A stretch of 64,000 nt of DNA from positions 66,898,001 to 66,962,000 of the forward strand of contig NC_042999.1 of the NCBI RefSeq assembly GCF_006345805.1, read 5' to 3'. The translations under genes were made by a program, and so were the position numbers. Positions 25,612 through 39,665 of this stretch are shown piece after piece; the first letter of the stretch is position 1; each line of letters opens with the position of its first letter. The notes beneath the pieces were generated by a model. It made no database searches. It was not told the DNA's origin and saw nothing but the letters and a program-made list of their open reading frames with translations. Origin of the DNA: Octopus sinensis. Lineage: Eukaryota.

Positions 25612-26745
25612 AGTATACAGATAAAGGGTGAAATATAATTAATTTAATAAAATCAACAAATTTCACCAAGTAGTTTTTCGGTATGAAAAAGGACCATATT
25701 CGGTAAAATATATAATTATAACAATGAGGGTCTTTGCAACAGGTTGCTAGACCACATACCTAAAGTATTAGAAATAGCAGCCAGACGACTGTTATTTCTT
25801 TTACTACAAAAATATGTCCTACAAAAATATGCCCACAAACAACAGTATTTGTAACTCACTATGGCAAAAAAACGAAGAAAAACAATGAAATCAAACAATG
25901 CCCGGTCAATTATGGACGCACGTTTCTGGATTAAAATCAGACATTCATTCCTTTATCAACATAATATTCCGATAAATAAATCTGAAAATGCTAGAAAAAT
26001 CTTACCACCATATTCCGGACAAGCGACATCGGACATATAGAAGCCCGCCAGCATATCCACATTTATATAGACAAGTGAATTCGTGTCTCCCCCCAGAATT
26101 GACCGGACAAAGAAATAACAGTCGTCTGGCTGCTATTTCTAATACTTTTGGTATGTGGTCTAGCAACCTGTTGCAAAGACCCTCATTGTTATAATTATAT
26201 ATAATTTTACCGAATATGGTCCTTTTTCATACCGAAAAACTACTTGGTGAAATTTGTTGATTTTATTAAATTAATTATATTTCACCCTTTATCTGTATTG
26301 ATTATCTTATTCCCCTACGACGGAACTACGAATTCATTTTCGGCAGTATTATTTGTGACTCACGTGGGAGAAATTCTGGGGGAAGTCACGAATTCACTTG
26401 TCTATATAAATGTGGATATGCTGGCGGGCTTCTATATGTCCGATGTCGTTTGTTCGGAATATAGTGGTAGGATTTTTCTAGCATTTTCAGATTTATTTAT
26501 CGGAATATTATGTTGATAAAGGAAGTGAATCTCTAATTTTAATCCAGAAACGTGCGTCCATAATTGACCGGGCATTGTTTGATTTCGTTGTTTTTCTTCG
26601 TTTTTTTGCCATAGTGAGTTACAAACACTGTGTTTGTGGGACATATTTTTGTAGTAAAGAAATAACAGTCGTCTGGCTGCTATTTCTAATACTTTCGGTA
26701 TGTGGTCTAGCAACCTGTTGCAAAGATCCTCATTGTTATAATTGT
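25612..26745. repeat. Inverted-duplication element (A-B / A'-spacer-B'-A'), PLE-terminus-like
   Basis: 25612-25800 is the reverse complement of 26108-26295; about 25720-26090 is the reverse complement of about 26380-26745; flanked by (TA)n on both sides. Confidence 0.85.
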
Positions 26746-26827
<82 letters not shown>

Positions 26828-26879
26828 ATGTATGTATGTATGTATGTATGTATATATATATATGTATGTATAGTTGGAA

Positions 26880-26996
26880 GTTACAAAAAGCAAAAGACGA
26901 AGACAGGTGTGTGAACAGCAAACAGGTGTATTATTTTAATGCTGGGGAATGTGTATGTTATGTGTGTATATATATTTATATATACATACATGTGTG

Positions 26997-27047
<51 letters not shown>

Positions 27048-27173
27048 ATGTATAGTTCAAATGTACAGAAAACAAAAGACAGGCAGGTGAATGAACAAGC
27101 ATGTGTGTTAGTTTGAAGCTTGGAGAGAATGAAAAGTCTTGACGTTTCGAGCGTACACTCTTCGACAGAAAGG
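26880..27173 (-). repeat. PLE terminal-repeat fragments split by microsatellite; CUGUCGA HHR-like fold at 27137-27173
   Basis: Reverse complement: ccttt-CTGTCGA-a-GAG-tgtacg-CTC-GAAA-CG-TC|aagac. Confidence 0.65.
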
Positions 27174-27207
27174 AATATAAATATTTATGTGAGTATGTGT
27201 CTATGTA

Positions 27208-27244
<37 letters not shown>

Positions 27245-27861
27245 ATATATATATATATCCATATTTATGTGTGTATACCTGGTTGTGTGCATATATTTGC
27301 ATACATATCTACATAAAAATATACAAAGGACAAAGATGCGTGTGCGTCTGTGTAAGCATATACTTGTATGTATCAAGCTTGTATTTACATATACATACGC
27401 ATATGTGTGTGAGTGCATGTAGGCAAGTATGCATGTGTACATGTATGTATGTAGCTATGTCAGTATGTTCGTAAATGCATATACATATCATTCGTTATAT
27501 ACTAATTTTCATACGTTTTGAGAAGAAATAATTATATTATTTATATGGCTTCTATGCTCTCCATTAACTTTCTCTTGAAGTTTTTATTACATATTCTGCT
27601 AAAATTCTCCATTAACTTTACAGCAACGATAGTCAAATAATATATTTATATGGAACTACAATATATCTAGCTTTCTTGTAAAATATCTTTCAGTGAGGAA
27701 ACTGCTAACTTCTCTTATTCAATTAATTGTGTCCCTCGAGGTCAGCAGACGTACATGGGTTTTCACAATAGAGATTTCACCTCGGTTTCTGTTCTATGAT
27801 ACAGGGTACACATGTTATCGTTGGCAAAGCCGTATCCACCCTTGTAGAGTTGTTGAATGCT

Positions 27862-27931
27862 TTGAGACCGCGACCTGTTCACTGACAAAATTCAGTACGG
27901 AATTTTGTCAGTGAACAGGTCGCGGTCTCAA
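27862..27931. other. Perfect 32-bp hairpin with 6-nt loop
   Basis: TTGAGACCGCGACCTGTTCACTGACAAAATTC-agtacg-GAATTTTGTCAGTGAACAGGTCGCGGTCTCAA. Confidence 0.95.
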
Positions 27932-28491
27932 GGCGACGAAAATATTTTGGCAAATTAAATCTAAATGTTGAAGTGAATCTAACGGGGTTTTTTTTTCGAC
28001 TACAAATAATTATACAAGATAAACAATTACTCGGCTTACAAGAAATAACGAGTAAATCTTCCTAAAATTATTCCCGTGTTAGATAATGGAAATTTACACC
28101 GGCCAATATTGTTGTAATATACAAAAACAAAGGAGATGTCCACATATGGAACGCCTTTCATTATGTCTGCTAAATCACAGCTAATGTCAGGCTAAATATC
28201 TATGACTTAACATTTCAAATATGAAAGATGAAATCAACCTCCCTCTCTCTCTCTCTTTCTTTCTCTGTCTCTCCCTCTCTCTCAAAGGGAGACAACACGT
28301 GCGTGCTCCTGAGGTTTTAGTGAGCCACTGTTATACTCTTTGCCAATCAGGAGTGTACTAGATAGTTCATAAGAGTCTAAGGTGTTGCAGAAGCGATAGA
28401 ATATACAGAGTAAGGTGACAGTGAGTTAATGAATTTTGCCAATCAGCATTGTTAGGAGCGCACAAATAGCTAGTTCAGGGAAGTATAGGCC

Positions 28492-28857
<366 letters not shown>

Positions 28858-30602
28858 ATGCAAAACAGGAAAACAGTATACCCTGTAGGTGAGGCTATAA
28901 TATGTTTATGAGTTAGTGTCTTCCACAGTCAGTAATGTTCTGAGACACAACGAGCGAGTTCAGAGAAGTAGAGGCTGTTGTTGTCGCGGTAGAATATAAA
29001 AAGTGAGGAGACAATACGACTATGAATCAATAGCTGGTATGAATTGATGAATGTATCTTTGCCAATATGCCGGATGTATTTCGCTTGGAAGCGATCTAGC
29101 CTATTTGTATGTCCAAGAGCTACATCGTCACAGTGGAGGGAGAAGCAGCATTGTACTGTGGAGTCTTACTTGAGCTTTGTATACAATCACTACCTAACCA
29201 AAGTTGCAGGTTAAACAGAATTGCTTTTACCCACTTGAAAGTTTGTAACGTCAAAATACATTGGGTTTCATAGGGATTCTGTTAAAACTTTATTACTGAT
29301 AAACTATATCTTATTTTGATAAGATATCTTAGCAGAGGAAATGGGTGAAGCAACTGGCAGTAAAATTATATAGTTATATTTTTGTGACTCCAAGGAATGG
29401 AGCTAAAATCAAATTTTAGAAAAATGTCTAATTTTGTGGTGAATTGTGAAATAATAAATTACTTTAATACCGTAACATTACGTTATCATGGTTATCAACG
29501 TGGTCTTTTATCATTACCATCGACATTCTCATCGCCATTATCATGATTAATTTATGATTAAAATTAGAGAATTATCGATGAGAAAGGCTATTTTAGCACA
29601 GTGGCTTTCAGATCTAAAATAACAATCTATTAATTATTCTTTCCGTGATGATATCTTCGTTAGTAAATCTGATGTAACTTTTGTCATTGTCAACCACCTA
29701 ATATCCTTGTTCAATACAATGACTGTCAAAGGATCCAGTATTTCTAATTGTAAATAGATACCACTCGGTAGAAACTACTCTTGCATAAAAGCTGCTGCTG
29801 TTTTTATCGTTATATAACGATTGAGAGCAAAGAGAAACGTCAGAGCGTAGAAAAGAATGCTCAGCGGTATTTCACCCGACTCTTTACATTCTGAGTTTGA
29901 ATCTCACCTACGTCAACTCTACCTTTAGGAATCGATAAACTACTGTACGTCTAAACATGTGGCTGATTGTCATTAAACAAGACTGACAAGGCTAAACAAG
30001 GCCGAAATGCATCAGCCATTCACACTAGCCGCTGCTGGGAGAATTCTCATCACTCTCCTATATATATATTGTGTTTTTTTAAACAGAGCAGTACTAGGCT
30101 TACAACAAAGAATAAGTCCTAGGGTCGATTTGTTCGACTAAAGGCGGTGTCCCAGCATGGCCTCAGTCAAATGACTGAAACATATAAAAGAATATATGTG
30201 TATATATAATTGGTGAGGTAAACGGAAAATGGATTTGGTACGAATCTTTATTCAACGCGACAGATTTTTCGACCTATCGTGCAGCTTTCCTTTACGGGTA
30301 GGATATTGTGAATCTAGTTGTGTCGCATCAATCCGTGTAGTCTGTGTTTCTTCAAGTCTTTGGAATAAAACATACTGCTAAATATACTGAGTCCATCCAG
30401 AGATATTGAATTCTCTCCGTAGTATGCAGTTACACTGACTTAGAGTTATAACCTGCAGATATGTCTCAGATGAGTATCTGACTGAGTACCCTTCACTGGG
30501 GATTTCTTACATCAGACGGTCTGCTAGCTAAGTTACATATGTAGGCTGAACTTTACCAGCTCCACTCATTTAATTTGCGTGTATATATATATATATATAT
30601 AA

Positions 30603-30641
<39 letters not shown>

Positions 30642-30719
30642 TAAATATATGGTACTTCTATGTATATTTTCCCTCACGGGCTATTCTTTACTGGAAAGCA
30701 ATACTCTCGTATTGCATTA

Positions 30720-30792
<73 letters not shown>

Positions 30793-30794
30793 CC

Positions 30795-31981
30795 TTCTGA
30801 GGAAAGCTGTCAATATTGGTGTCACTGGAAAGCTGCTGCATGGATCAAGTGCTTCCTGTCTAACAGAACCCCAACATGTTGTAGTCGAAGGAGTCAAATC
30901 CAGCCCAGCCAAAGTCAGCAGTGGTGTCCCACAAGGCACTGTGTTGGGCCCACTTCTCTTCATCATCTACATAAATGATATTACTGACACCATCAAACAC
31001 AGTAACATCAGAACCTTCGCTGATGATTCCAAGCTCCAGAAGGTCATCAATGGCGTGGATGACCGAATAAACCTTCAGTCAGACCTACTGGCTGTTGTCC
31101 AATGGGCGGAAAGAAAAGAAATACATGTTGCTAAATGAAGACAAATTCGAACTGATCCACTTTGGAAGGGAGGACGCTCTGAAACTCCCATACTCTCTTC
31201 CTTCTGGAGAAATTCTCATGGCATCCAACAACATCAGAGACCTGGGAGTAACAGTGGACAACAACATAAGCTGGGCTACACATATAAGCAGCAAAGTTGA
31301 CATGGCCCGCAGAATGTGTTCCTGGATTCTCAGAACCTTCCAGTCGAGAGATTCCCACGCTATTATCCTTCTCTTCTCCACTTTTGCCCGACCCCACCTT
31401 GAATACTGCTGTCCACTGTGGTCTCCCTACACAAAACAAAATATTATGAGAATTGAAGCTCCCCAAAGGTCAATCACAAAAAAGATAGATGGCATGTCAG
31501 ACCTTGACTACTGGGGTAGACTAGAGAAGCTGAAATTGTATTCACTCCAACGACGCCGTGAACGCTACATTATCTGTATGATGTGGAAAATATTCCATCA
31601 GCACTGTCCGAATATTCCATCAGCACTGTCCAAGGCTTGGACCACGTGCCATCCGTCCACAACAAAAATCTAAATCGCATCACATAACGACAATACGGCA
31701 CAACTATTTCACTTCAATTGGACCCGCTCTCTTCAACATTACACCAGGACACGTCAAAAAAGAAACTGACCACACAAAATTCAAGAAGTCTTTGGACAAA
31801 TTCCTTCGAACAGTACCGGACAAACCACCCACACCCGGATATGTCTCCGCAAACAATAACTCTCTGCTCGAATGGGCCTTGGTGCCCAAATCCTGAACTG
31901 AAGACTTCGCCAGGTGGTGCTATTAAGTTAGACATGGCCTGGGCCAATACTGGCCAAAAAACCTTTCTAAGTTATTCTAAG

Positions 31982-31984
<3 letters not shown>
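30795..31984 (+). mobile_element. 5'-truncated CR1/L2-clade LINE (RT domain and 3' end, frameshifted), inserted in (TA)n
   Basis: WIKCFLSNR...VSSGVPQGTVLGPLLFIIYIND...FADDSKL...FARPHLEYCCPLWSP...LYSLQRRRERY; tail (ttctaagtta)2. Confidence 0.92.
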
Positions 31985-32025
<41 letters not shown>

Positions 32026-32048
32026 CATATATATATATATACATATAC

Positions 32049-32110
<62 letters not shown>

Positions 32111-32299
32111 AAATAATAATATATATATGTACATATACATATATTTATATATATATATATATATAATATATACTACATACATATAATACATATATATATA
32201 CATATATATATATAAGGTTACGTGGTGAGTTTAGAGGTTAAATCAACCGTCTAATAGAGAGAAGTTTACATTATACTAGAGGTATATTACCTATGTTTA

Positions 32300-32399
32300 N
32301 NNNNNNNNNNNNNNNNNNNNNNNNNNNNNNNNNNNNNNNNNNNNNNNNNNNNNNNNNNNNNNNNNNNNNNNNNNNNNNNNNNNNNNNNNNNNNNNNNNN
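32300..32399. other. Assembly gap (100 N)
   Basis: Run of N; a fixed length of 100 is typical of scaffold joins of unknown size. Confidence 0.99.
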
Positions 32400-32524
32400 A
32401 CGTTGTTATATATCTCCACAAGAATGTGTATATGTGTGTGTTCGTGTATGTGTGATATGCATGCATACATCTGTGTGTGTGTGCGTACGTTTGTAATTGC
32501 ATTTATAGGTGTATATGAGTATAT

Positions 32525-32765
<241 letters not shown>

Positions 32766-33604
32766 CAAATTTTAAGTCAGTTAAAATATTCTTGGAACAT
32801 ATTTGACCAGCAAAAGACATTTCACTGCGGTCTGCCATGGATAAACATTCACTATGGATTGTTAAAGGGCGCTCTGAAGTGAATTTAATGCTTTTTAACG
32901 TCTTTTGCCGGAAGTTAAAATTTTGGGCTGACACAGGGAAATTGCTTCTTTACAGATCAAAGATTTCCCGAAACATATTAGAACTCTACACAACTGATTC
33001 ACACCAACCAGAGGTGATCAATGGTAGCATTCAACGATTATCGACGTCTACTAATTTCTTTGGAAGAGAGAGCAGACGATAACATCAACCTTGTATTCGA
33101 CTCGTATATAGACTATATGGAAAGATGCAAAGCAAACTCGATCAAGCAGGACTTGAACTCGGGATGTAAATGGCATTAATTGAAAATGAACAGTGTAAGT
33201 TACTTAGCTCTGACGATTTACCAGTTCTATAAATGTGCTGCCATCTATTTTAACTATGGTAATTATATCCTAGTTCTTTTATATTCGCCATGATACAGGA
33301 CTATCATATGTATTGTAATATTCTATCTCAATTACTTTGCATATATACATACATTCATACATACATACATTCATACTTACGTATATATGTATAGAGAGAC
33401 AGAGAGGGGGAAAGATATATACACACACATATTTATGTGTGTGTGTGTGTGTGTTGTGTGTGATTACTTATATAAAAGCGTAACATAAATATGGATTCAG
33501 AGATTGGTGCCGCGCTCTCTTTTTCTCTCTTTCTCTTTCTTTCTCTCTTGCTCTCTCTCTCTTCTCTCTGTCTCTTTATCTATCTGTTTATATATAAAAA
33601 AATA

Positions 33605-33637
<33 letters not shown>

Positions 33638-33674
33638 CCATATATACATACATACATACTTACATACATATATA

Positions 33675-33749
<75 letters not shown>

Positions 33750-33942
33750 CATCCATTGCGCTCACCGATGTCTTAACCAGTTGGATGCATTTTCCAACAA
33801 AAAAACACGTGTGGAATATAATGAAGCTTCTCTCATAAAATAACTGTAGTTTTTTGTTATATATCTTTTATATTTTCTCCTACCCCGTGAAGCTATTTTA
33901 TATTTTAACGATAGCAGATATTGTATTATATCTTTTTTTATG

Positions 33943-34010
<68 letters not shown>

Positions 34011-34213
34011 CCGTCATATCTATTATTTCATTATTTTCTATTGTAAGTGGTTTTTGTTTTTTTTTTTATTTCTTGCTTGCTTTTGATTTTTCCAGGCACG
34101 TGCGAATCTATGAGATATATTTCGAACATATATCTGTGCCTGTATGTACGTACATGTATTCATAAGTATACGTACGTTTGCAAGTATATATATATATGTA
34201 TGTATATATATAT

Positions 34214-34258
<45 letters not shown>

Positions 34259-35119
34259 TATATATTATATAATATATATATAGTATATATATATATATAT
34301 ATAACATACTATATATACATATACATATATATTATATAATATATATATATATATATATATACATTTATATACATGCAGACATATATCTGTGTGTCTATGT
34401 ATAATAATATGTGTGTATATGTATGTATTCATGTGTGTGTTTATATATGTATGTACATTCATACATGCATATGCACAAAGGAACATACATACATGCAGAC
34501 AGACAGACAGATAGATAGATAGATATGCTTGCTGAATATGGTGAAACTGTTTCATATCTTATTTTGTGTATGTGTCTGTATGTGTATTATGTATGTGTGT
34601 GTATATAATAGTCAATGGATAGTAAGGTACTTCATGTTAACTATAGTCATTACATGATATTATAGCTTATACATCCATTAAGTTCTAAGTTCATATCTTG
34701 TCGAAGTCACCTCTACCTTTCATCCTGCCGAGTTCGATAAAATTTGCTAACCAACCAAATACTAGATATGATCAACTGTTCCTTTATACCTCCCTAAATT
34801 CACAGTCTTGCTTTCATGTTAGAAATCAATATATTATAGTTCACGCGTCCCTTTATATTTTATGTTGAAATTCCCTTCGTGGTCAACTCCGCTTTTCAAG
34901 GTCGATAAATTATATAGACTTGTGACTATATTAAGAAAACATTACAGCCCATACAGAAAGCAGTGAGTCAGAATTCGTAAGGTAGCACACGAAATAGTGG
35001 TGGGATGGTAGAATTAGCAGAGTGACGCACATGAAACTTTGTAGTAATGGGAGAAGTCTCATTCCCGAGCGTTATACTATTGCATCTGTTTGTTGTCTAC
35101 ACCACCTGTTTTTGTCTTT

Positions 35120-35185
<66 letters not shown>

Positions 35186-35499
35186 GTGTGTGAATTCTTT
35201 ACATATACTATATGTCTGTATAGCTATAATATAAATCCCGTTCCGTGCTTGTGTGTAAAAGAATATAACGGCCGTATGGTTCAACTGATTTTCTCCAAAC
35301 TAGGAACATACATTACTTATGTTCCAGGGATGGTTTTAGATTCTTAAAATTTTTCACATAATGAGTAACGAGCCCGATGGGGCTAGAAAACACCCATCCC
35401 TGAGTTACGTGGAGAATGGAGCTGACTCTTTGCGAAGTAACTTTCAGAAATTATTTAGAACCATTAGTCATAAAAAAAAATTAAATATTGCTTTTTATA

Positions 35500-36406
35500 T
35501 TTGGAAGTGCTTGGAATCTTGGTCAGTTGATGACAACAGTTTCTTCAATGGCTCTGGAGGTTGGGAGATTGCAGGGAGTTTAAGCATCCACCACTGCAGC
35601 TCAGTGCTGGTGTCTCTACAGGCCACTTCCTTGCTTTATAATGCATGCATTCAGTTGTCATTGCACCAATGGAAACTCTAGTATCATCTGCATAATGAAC
35701 TGCTGGATCATAATTGAAAGCTGCTTCATAGAAATTGCTTCTCTGAGCTGTTGCAACTACTCTTCGTTCTGCAGTGAAGTTCCTATTCCTTGTCAGCTGT
35801 ACATACCTTTATTCATCACTTTGAGATGCTCTGGCTTTTGTAGCGCACAATCTATTCGTTTCTTGGTATGTTACCCTTTCAGATGCTTAAACTCCCTGCA
35901 ATCTCCCAACCTCCAGTGCCATTGAAGAAACTGTTGTCATCAACTGACCAAGATTCCAAGCACTTCCAAAAACAAAATTAGACAATACAACGCTGCACTA
36001 CAGATGACATCATTTGGAACCACAAGAGATTTAACTGAGCCAGAATTCATGCAAGCTTTCAAGATCCAAGGTCAGATTAATCATCGGATTGGCTATCTAC
36101 TACCTCTGTCAAATGAATCAACAAAATCGGTATTTCATTTTTTTATAATCTTTGGTTACGAAATAAGCTGGACAAAAGTTGTTTCTGAGTTACGTGTATT
36201 TACTTTATATACATATATGAGTTAAAAAATTTCTTTTAACATTTCACTTAACGTCTGCATTCCATGCTGGCATGGGTTGGAGAGTTATTAATGTAGAAAG
36301 TTGGCATCTCAGCAACTAGCAGTTGATACCTGCGTATCTAGAAGGCGTTTTAAAATTTCATTATTCTCTTTAACCCGGGCAACGCCGGGTATTTCTGCTA
36401 GGCTAG
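35500..36406. mobile_element. Helitron remnant: Rep-region fragment with internal inversion/duplication and canonical 3' end
   Basis: Minus strand 35880 to 35500: AFNYDP..Y...SIGAM..EC...A.KW..E...KLPAISQPPEPLKKLL..SKHF. Plus strand 35882-36130: SKHF..IRQYNAALQMTSFG..FKIQGQINHRIGYLLP. 3' hairpin ACCCGG-gcaacg-CCGGGT (36373-36390) followed by CTAG. Confidence 0.85.
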
Positions 36407-36483
36407 TGAGATATGTGTGTATGTATGTATGTATGTATGTAGTATGCATGTATGTATGTATATACATATATATTATATATATA

Positions 36484-36528
<45 letters not shown>

Positions 36529-37699
36529 ATATATATATGTGTGTGTGTGTGTTTGGTGGTGTGTGTGTGTGGTGGTGTGTGTGTGTGTGTGTGTGTGGGG
36601 TGTGTGTGTTGTGTGTGTTGTAATTGCGAAGTTAGAAATTACTACCTGCCGTATCCTTGATTTCTAATTTCCATCCCTAGAGTTTACATTACCTGTCTCT
36701 TTTGGGTTTTCATTATATTCCCCTTTAAGTTGATAATCCAAATACGTATTGCCCAACCCCTATCATTCTTTCTTCCATTTATCACCACTTCCCTATCAGG
36801 CTTTCTCTTACTTCTGACCCTACAACCTACACTTTTGTGTAGATAAAGCTAGATGTATGGTTCCAGTACTTTAAGAATCTAGCAGATTGTCTGACGTTAA
36901 TTCATTTATCACCATTAACAAGAATACAGTTGTCAACTCCCAATGGAGTTAATTCTAAATGGTTGAAGATTGCATTCTACATAACGGCTTCTAAATAGGT
37001 CACCACTCTTTTTATTCTGATCCCTCACTATTTCCTCTGCTACTCTCTAAAGTATAGTAGGCTTGACGTGGTATGCATTGTTTTCTAAATTTATTCTGCC
37101 ACAGATATAACAAAAGAAACAATGTAAACATTTTGAGTTCCATTATTAATGTAAATATGTTATTTAAAAAATTGTCATATCCTTATGTTTGAAGTCTATG
37201 CGATCATCTGACGAGAACTGTTTCTTCCAAATTGATATAATGTTTTTGTTAATCAATTAAAGGAGTTGCTTGAAACGGTCGTAATGAACTGACACCTCTG
37301 CATCATTGTCACTCATTTATATTCTGTTCACCTACCTTGTAATCTGCATTTCGGAAACACTATAGAAAGTACTTTCATAAAAGTACACGTCTGAATTACC
37401 AAGATCGGATATCTTCACTTCGCTGGGTTGCGTTGTCTGCACACACGACAGGAATATCAGGTACAAACACTCCTGCGCGGAGTCTTGTTTGGGTGTGCGG
37501 ATCATACCGACCTAGCAAGTGCCTCAATCTAAGTACCTAATTCAAATGAATCTTAATTATATTTTATATATATATATATAGTAACAATAATCCTTGGATG
37601 AAATTTATAAGTATTTTAATACATCGCTACGCGCGTTTCTTCAAATCACATGACTCTTAAGATCTTAGACCGTATTCCTGGAATTGTTACAGTGTAGTC

Positions 37700-39040
37700 C
37701 GTAGTATCCGTGGGTTTCGGGTAGATCATCTTCATGGTTTCATTTCTTCAGGCGATATAACATTAATGGCTGCTTAACTGAGGGTTGTGCATCCCTTTTG
37801 ATCCGTGAGAAGGTTGACTGAGTTATGTATTTCTGTGTGTATTTGGTGAGAAGGAGGAGAGTATGAGGATGGAAAGAGAGGAAGGAATGGTAGTTATATT
37901 GGGATGGAGGTGTGTGTGGTAATGTTGGACTTACTTTGCTATTCAGTCTGCAAATATCAAGGATGGGTAGTATATTCCTTTCTTCGATCTCATTTAAGGC
38001 ATGAGTATTTTCAATAAAGTCTGAAGCAAACAGATAAGCAGGTACAGCCACTACAGCCAACAGTTGTTGGAGTTCATTGTCTGAATTGATGATACTTTCC
38101 TAGGGTAACTTTTTTTATCATTTCTGGTGGTACAGTGGTATAGTGTATAGCATCCTAAACATTGTTTGGTTTGTTTATTTGTTTGTGATGCTTCCTTGTT
38201 CTCTAATATACTCAGGGCGGTTGATGTTATTCTATTTCAAAATGTTTTTTTTTCTAATTCCAGAAACGATGTTTTACTTTTATATTTACATGATATAATC
38301 ACTTCGGAATGTCCTATTACTCACGTTTTCCTTGGACGTGATAATATCTAGAGTTTCTTCTAGACATAAGTTGCATACCCGTGATGTTCCGTTGTATGAT
38401 GCAGAATTTTTTATAATAGACCAATGGGTCGTTTGCTTCACTCCATTCTGTTTGAGCCTCCAGACGGGGTTCGATAGGGATGTAGAGTGTCTTTTGTTTA
38501 AATTGAAAAATTATATATGATGGTTACGCTGACGATTTTTCATGATGTCTTCGGTGCCACTAATGTACAGGTATTTTTACGTACCTGCCTTCACCGCACA
38601 TTTACAAACTACATTCTTTATCATGCACTTGTTGTTAATTCTGCATTCCTCTTTATGTCTGTAGCTACATGTGATATTATTTTCCGTTCTCCTAGTCGAG
38701 TTACTACTGGTGGCACCCACTTCCTCTTCCTCCTGTAATTCGTGTACTCATTTTTTGCAACTGATTAGCTTTTATTACCTATTGCAACCATTCCGTCGTC
38801 ATATACTGTGCTATGATCAATGGTTGCTCCGTATTTCCCATCCAGTTTCGTTCTATTTAGTTTTGTGTTATTTAGTTTGTGTATGTGGTATTCTAGTTTG
38901 TGAGAGGTCGCGTATGCTAATTTTACATTTTGCCTATTGTTGATTTTGTGATATTTAGAAAATCTTGAGAAATTCCTGTCTAATGCTGCGAGGAATTCTC
39001 GATCCATTTTGCATTTTACTCTTGAATTGAAAATTGGGTT
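37700..39040 (-). pseudogene. Strongly decayed Penelope-like RT region
   Basis: Minus-strand fragments EIEERNILPILDI...YNYHSFLSFHPHT (thumb-like LPFLDI...Y..F.S.HP) and ILEN plus degenerate LPK.H / L.PI motifs; many stops. Confidence 0.45.
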
Positions 39041-39254
39041 AAACCAAATAATATCATCACTTATTTTTCCATTTTTTTAAATAAATCTATTAGGTTTGTT
39101 AGTGTATTTGGTTTCCTCTGCTTCTACTGTTTTATTATCATTATTTCTATCGTTGTTTAACGGCGCCCTTCTTTCTACCTTTGGCTGCTGTTTCGTGGGT
39201 TCTGTTTTATATCTAACCTTCTTAGTATTACGGTTTTTCTTTCCCTTTTGGGGA

Positions 39255-39383
39255 CCAACACGGCTATTTTTACTCGTTTCAGTCATTGGATTGCGGCCCT
39301 GCGAAGGCACCACCTTCAAGGGTTTAGTCGAACAAATTGGAAACATATGTATATATATATATATATATAAAAGTTTCCAATTC

Positions 39384-39414
<31 letters not shown>

Positions 39415-39665
39415 CGAGTGCGTGTGTTTGTGTGTGTGTGTGTGGTGTGTGCGTGCGTGTGTGTGTGTCCAACAATTGACAACTGATGTTGTTTTGTTTA
39501 TGTCCTCGTAATTTAGCGGATTGGCAAAAGTGGTCCAGAGAATGACTACAAAATAAAGACTGGGATCGATTTGTTCAACTAAAAACAAGATAAAACATTC
39601 AAGACGGTAGCCCTAGCTGGGCTGCATTTCAATGACTGACACAAGCAAAAGATAAGAAATAAAAA
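39255..39665. mobile_element. SINE B fragments in both orientations
   Basis: tttttactcgtttcagtcattgg (minus-strand tail) and caactgatgttgtt...atgactgacacaagcaaaag (plus-strand tail). Confidence 0.65.

Noticed and set aside
29960-30020. ctgacaa-ggc..gcc-gaaa-tgca-tc HHR-like motif (similar weak ones at ~14130-14185, ~19895-19920, ~23790-23850)
   Set aside because: Core and/or stem I broken in each; too degenerate to call from a single copy.
30310-30515. Possible solo LTR (AATAAA, ends in ...ACA)
   Set aside because: No TSD, PBS/PPT or second copy to support it.
32837-33082. 81-aa non-repetitive ORF as a host gene
   Set aside because: No recognisable domain, splice context or codon pattern; length is expected by chance.
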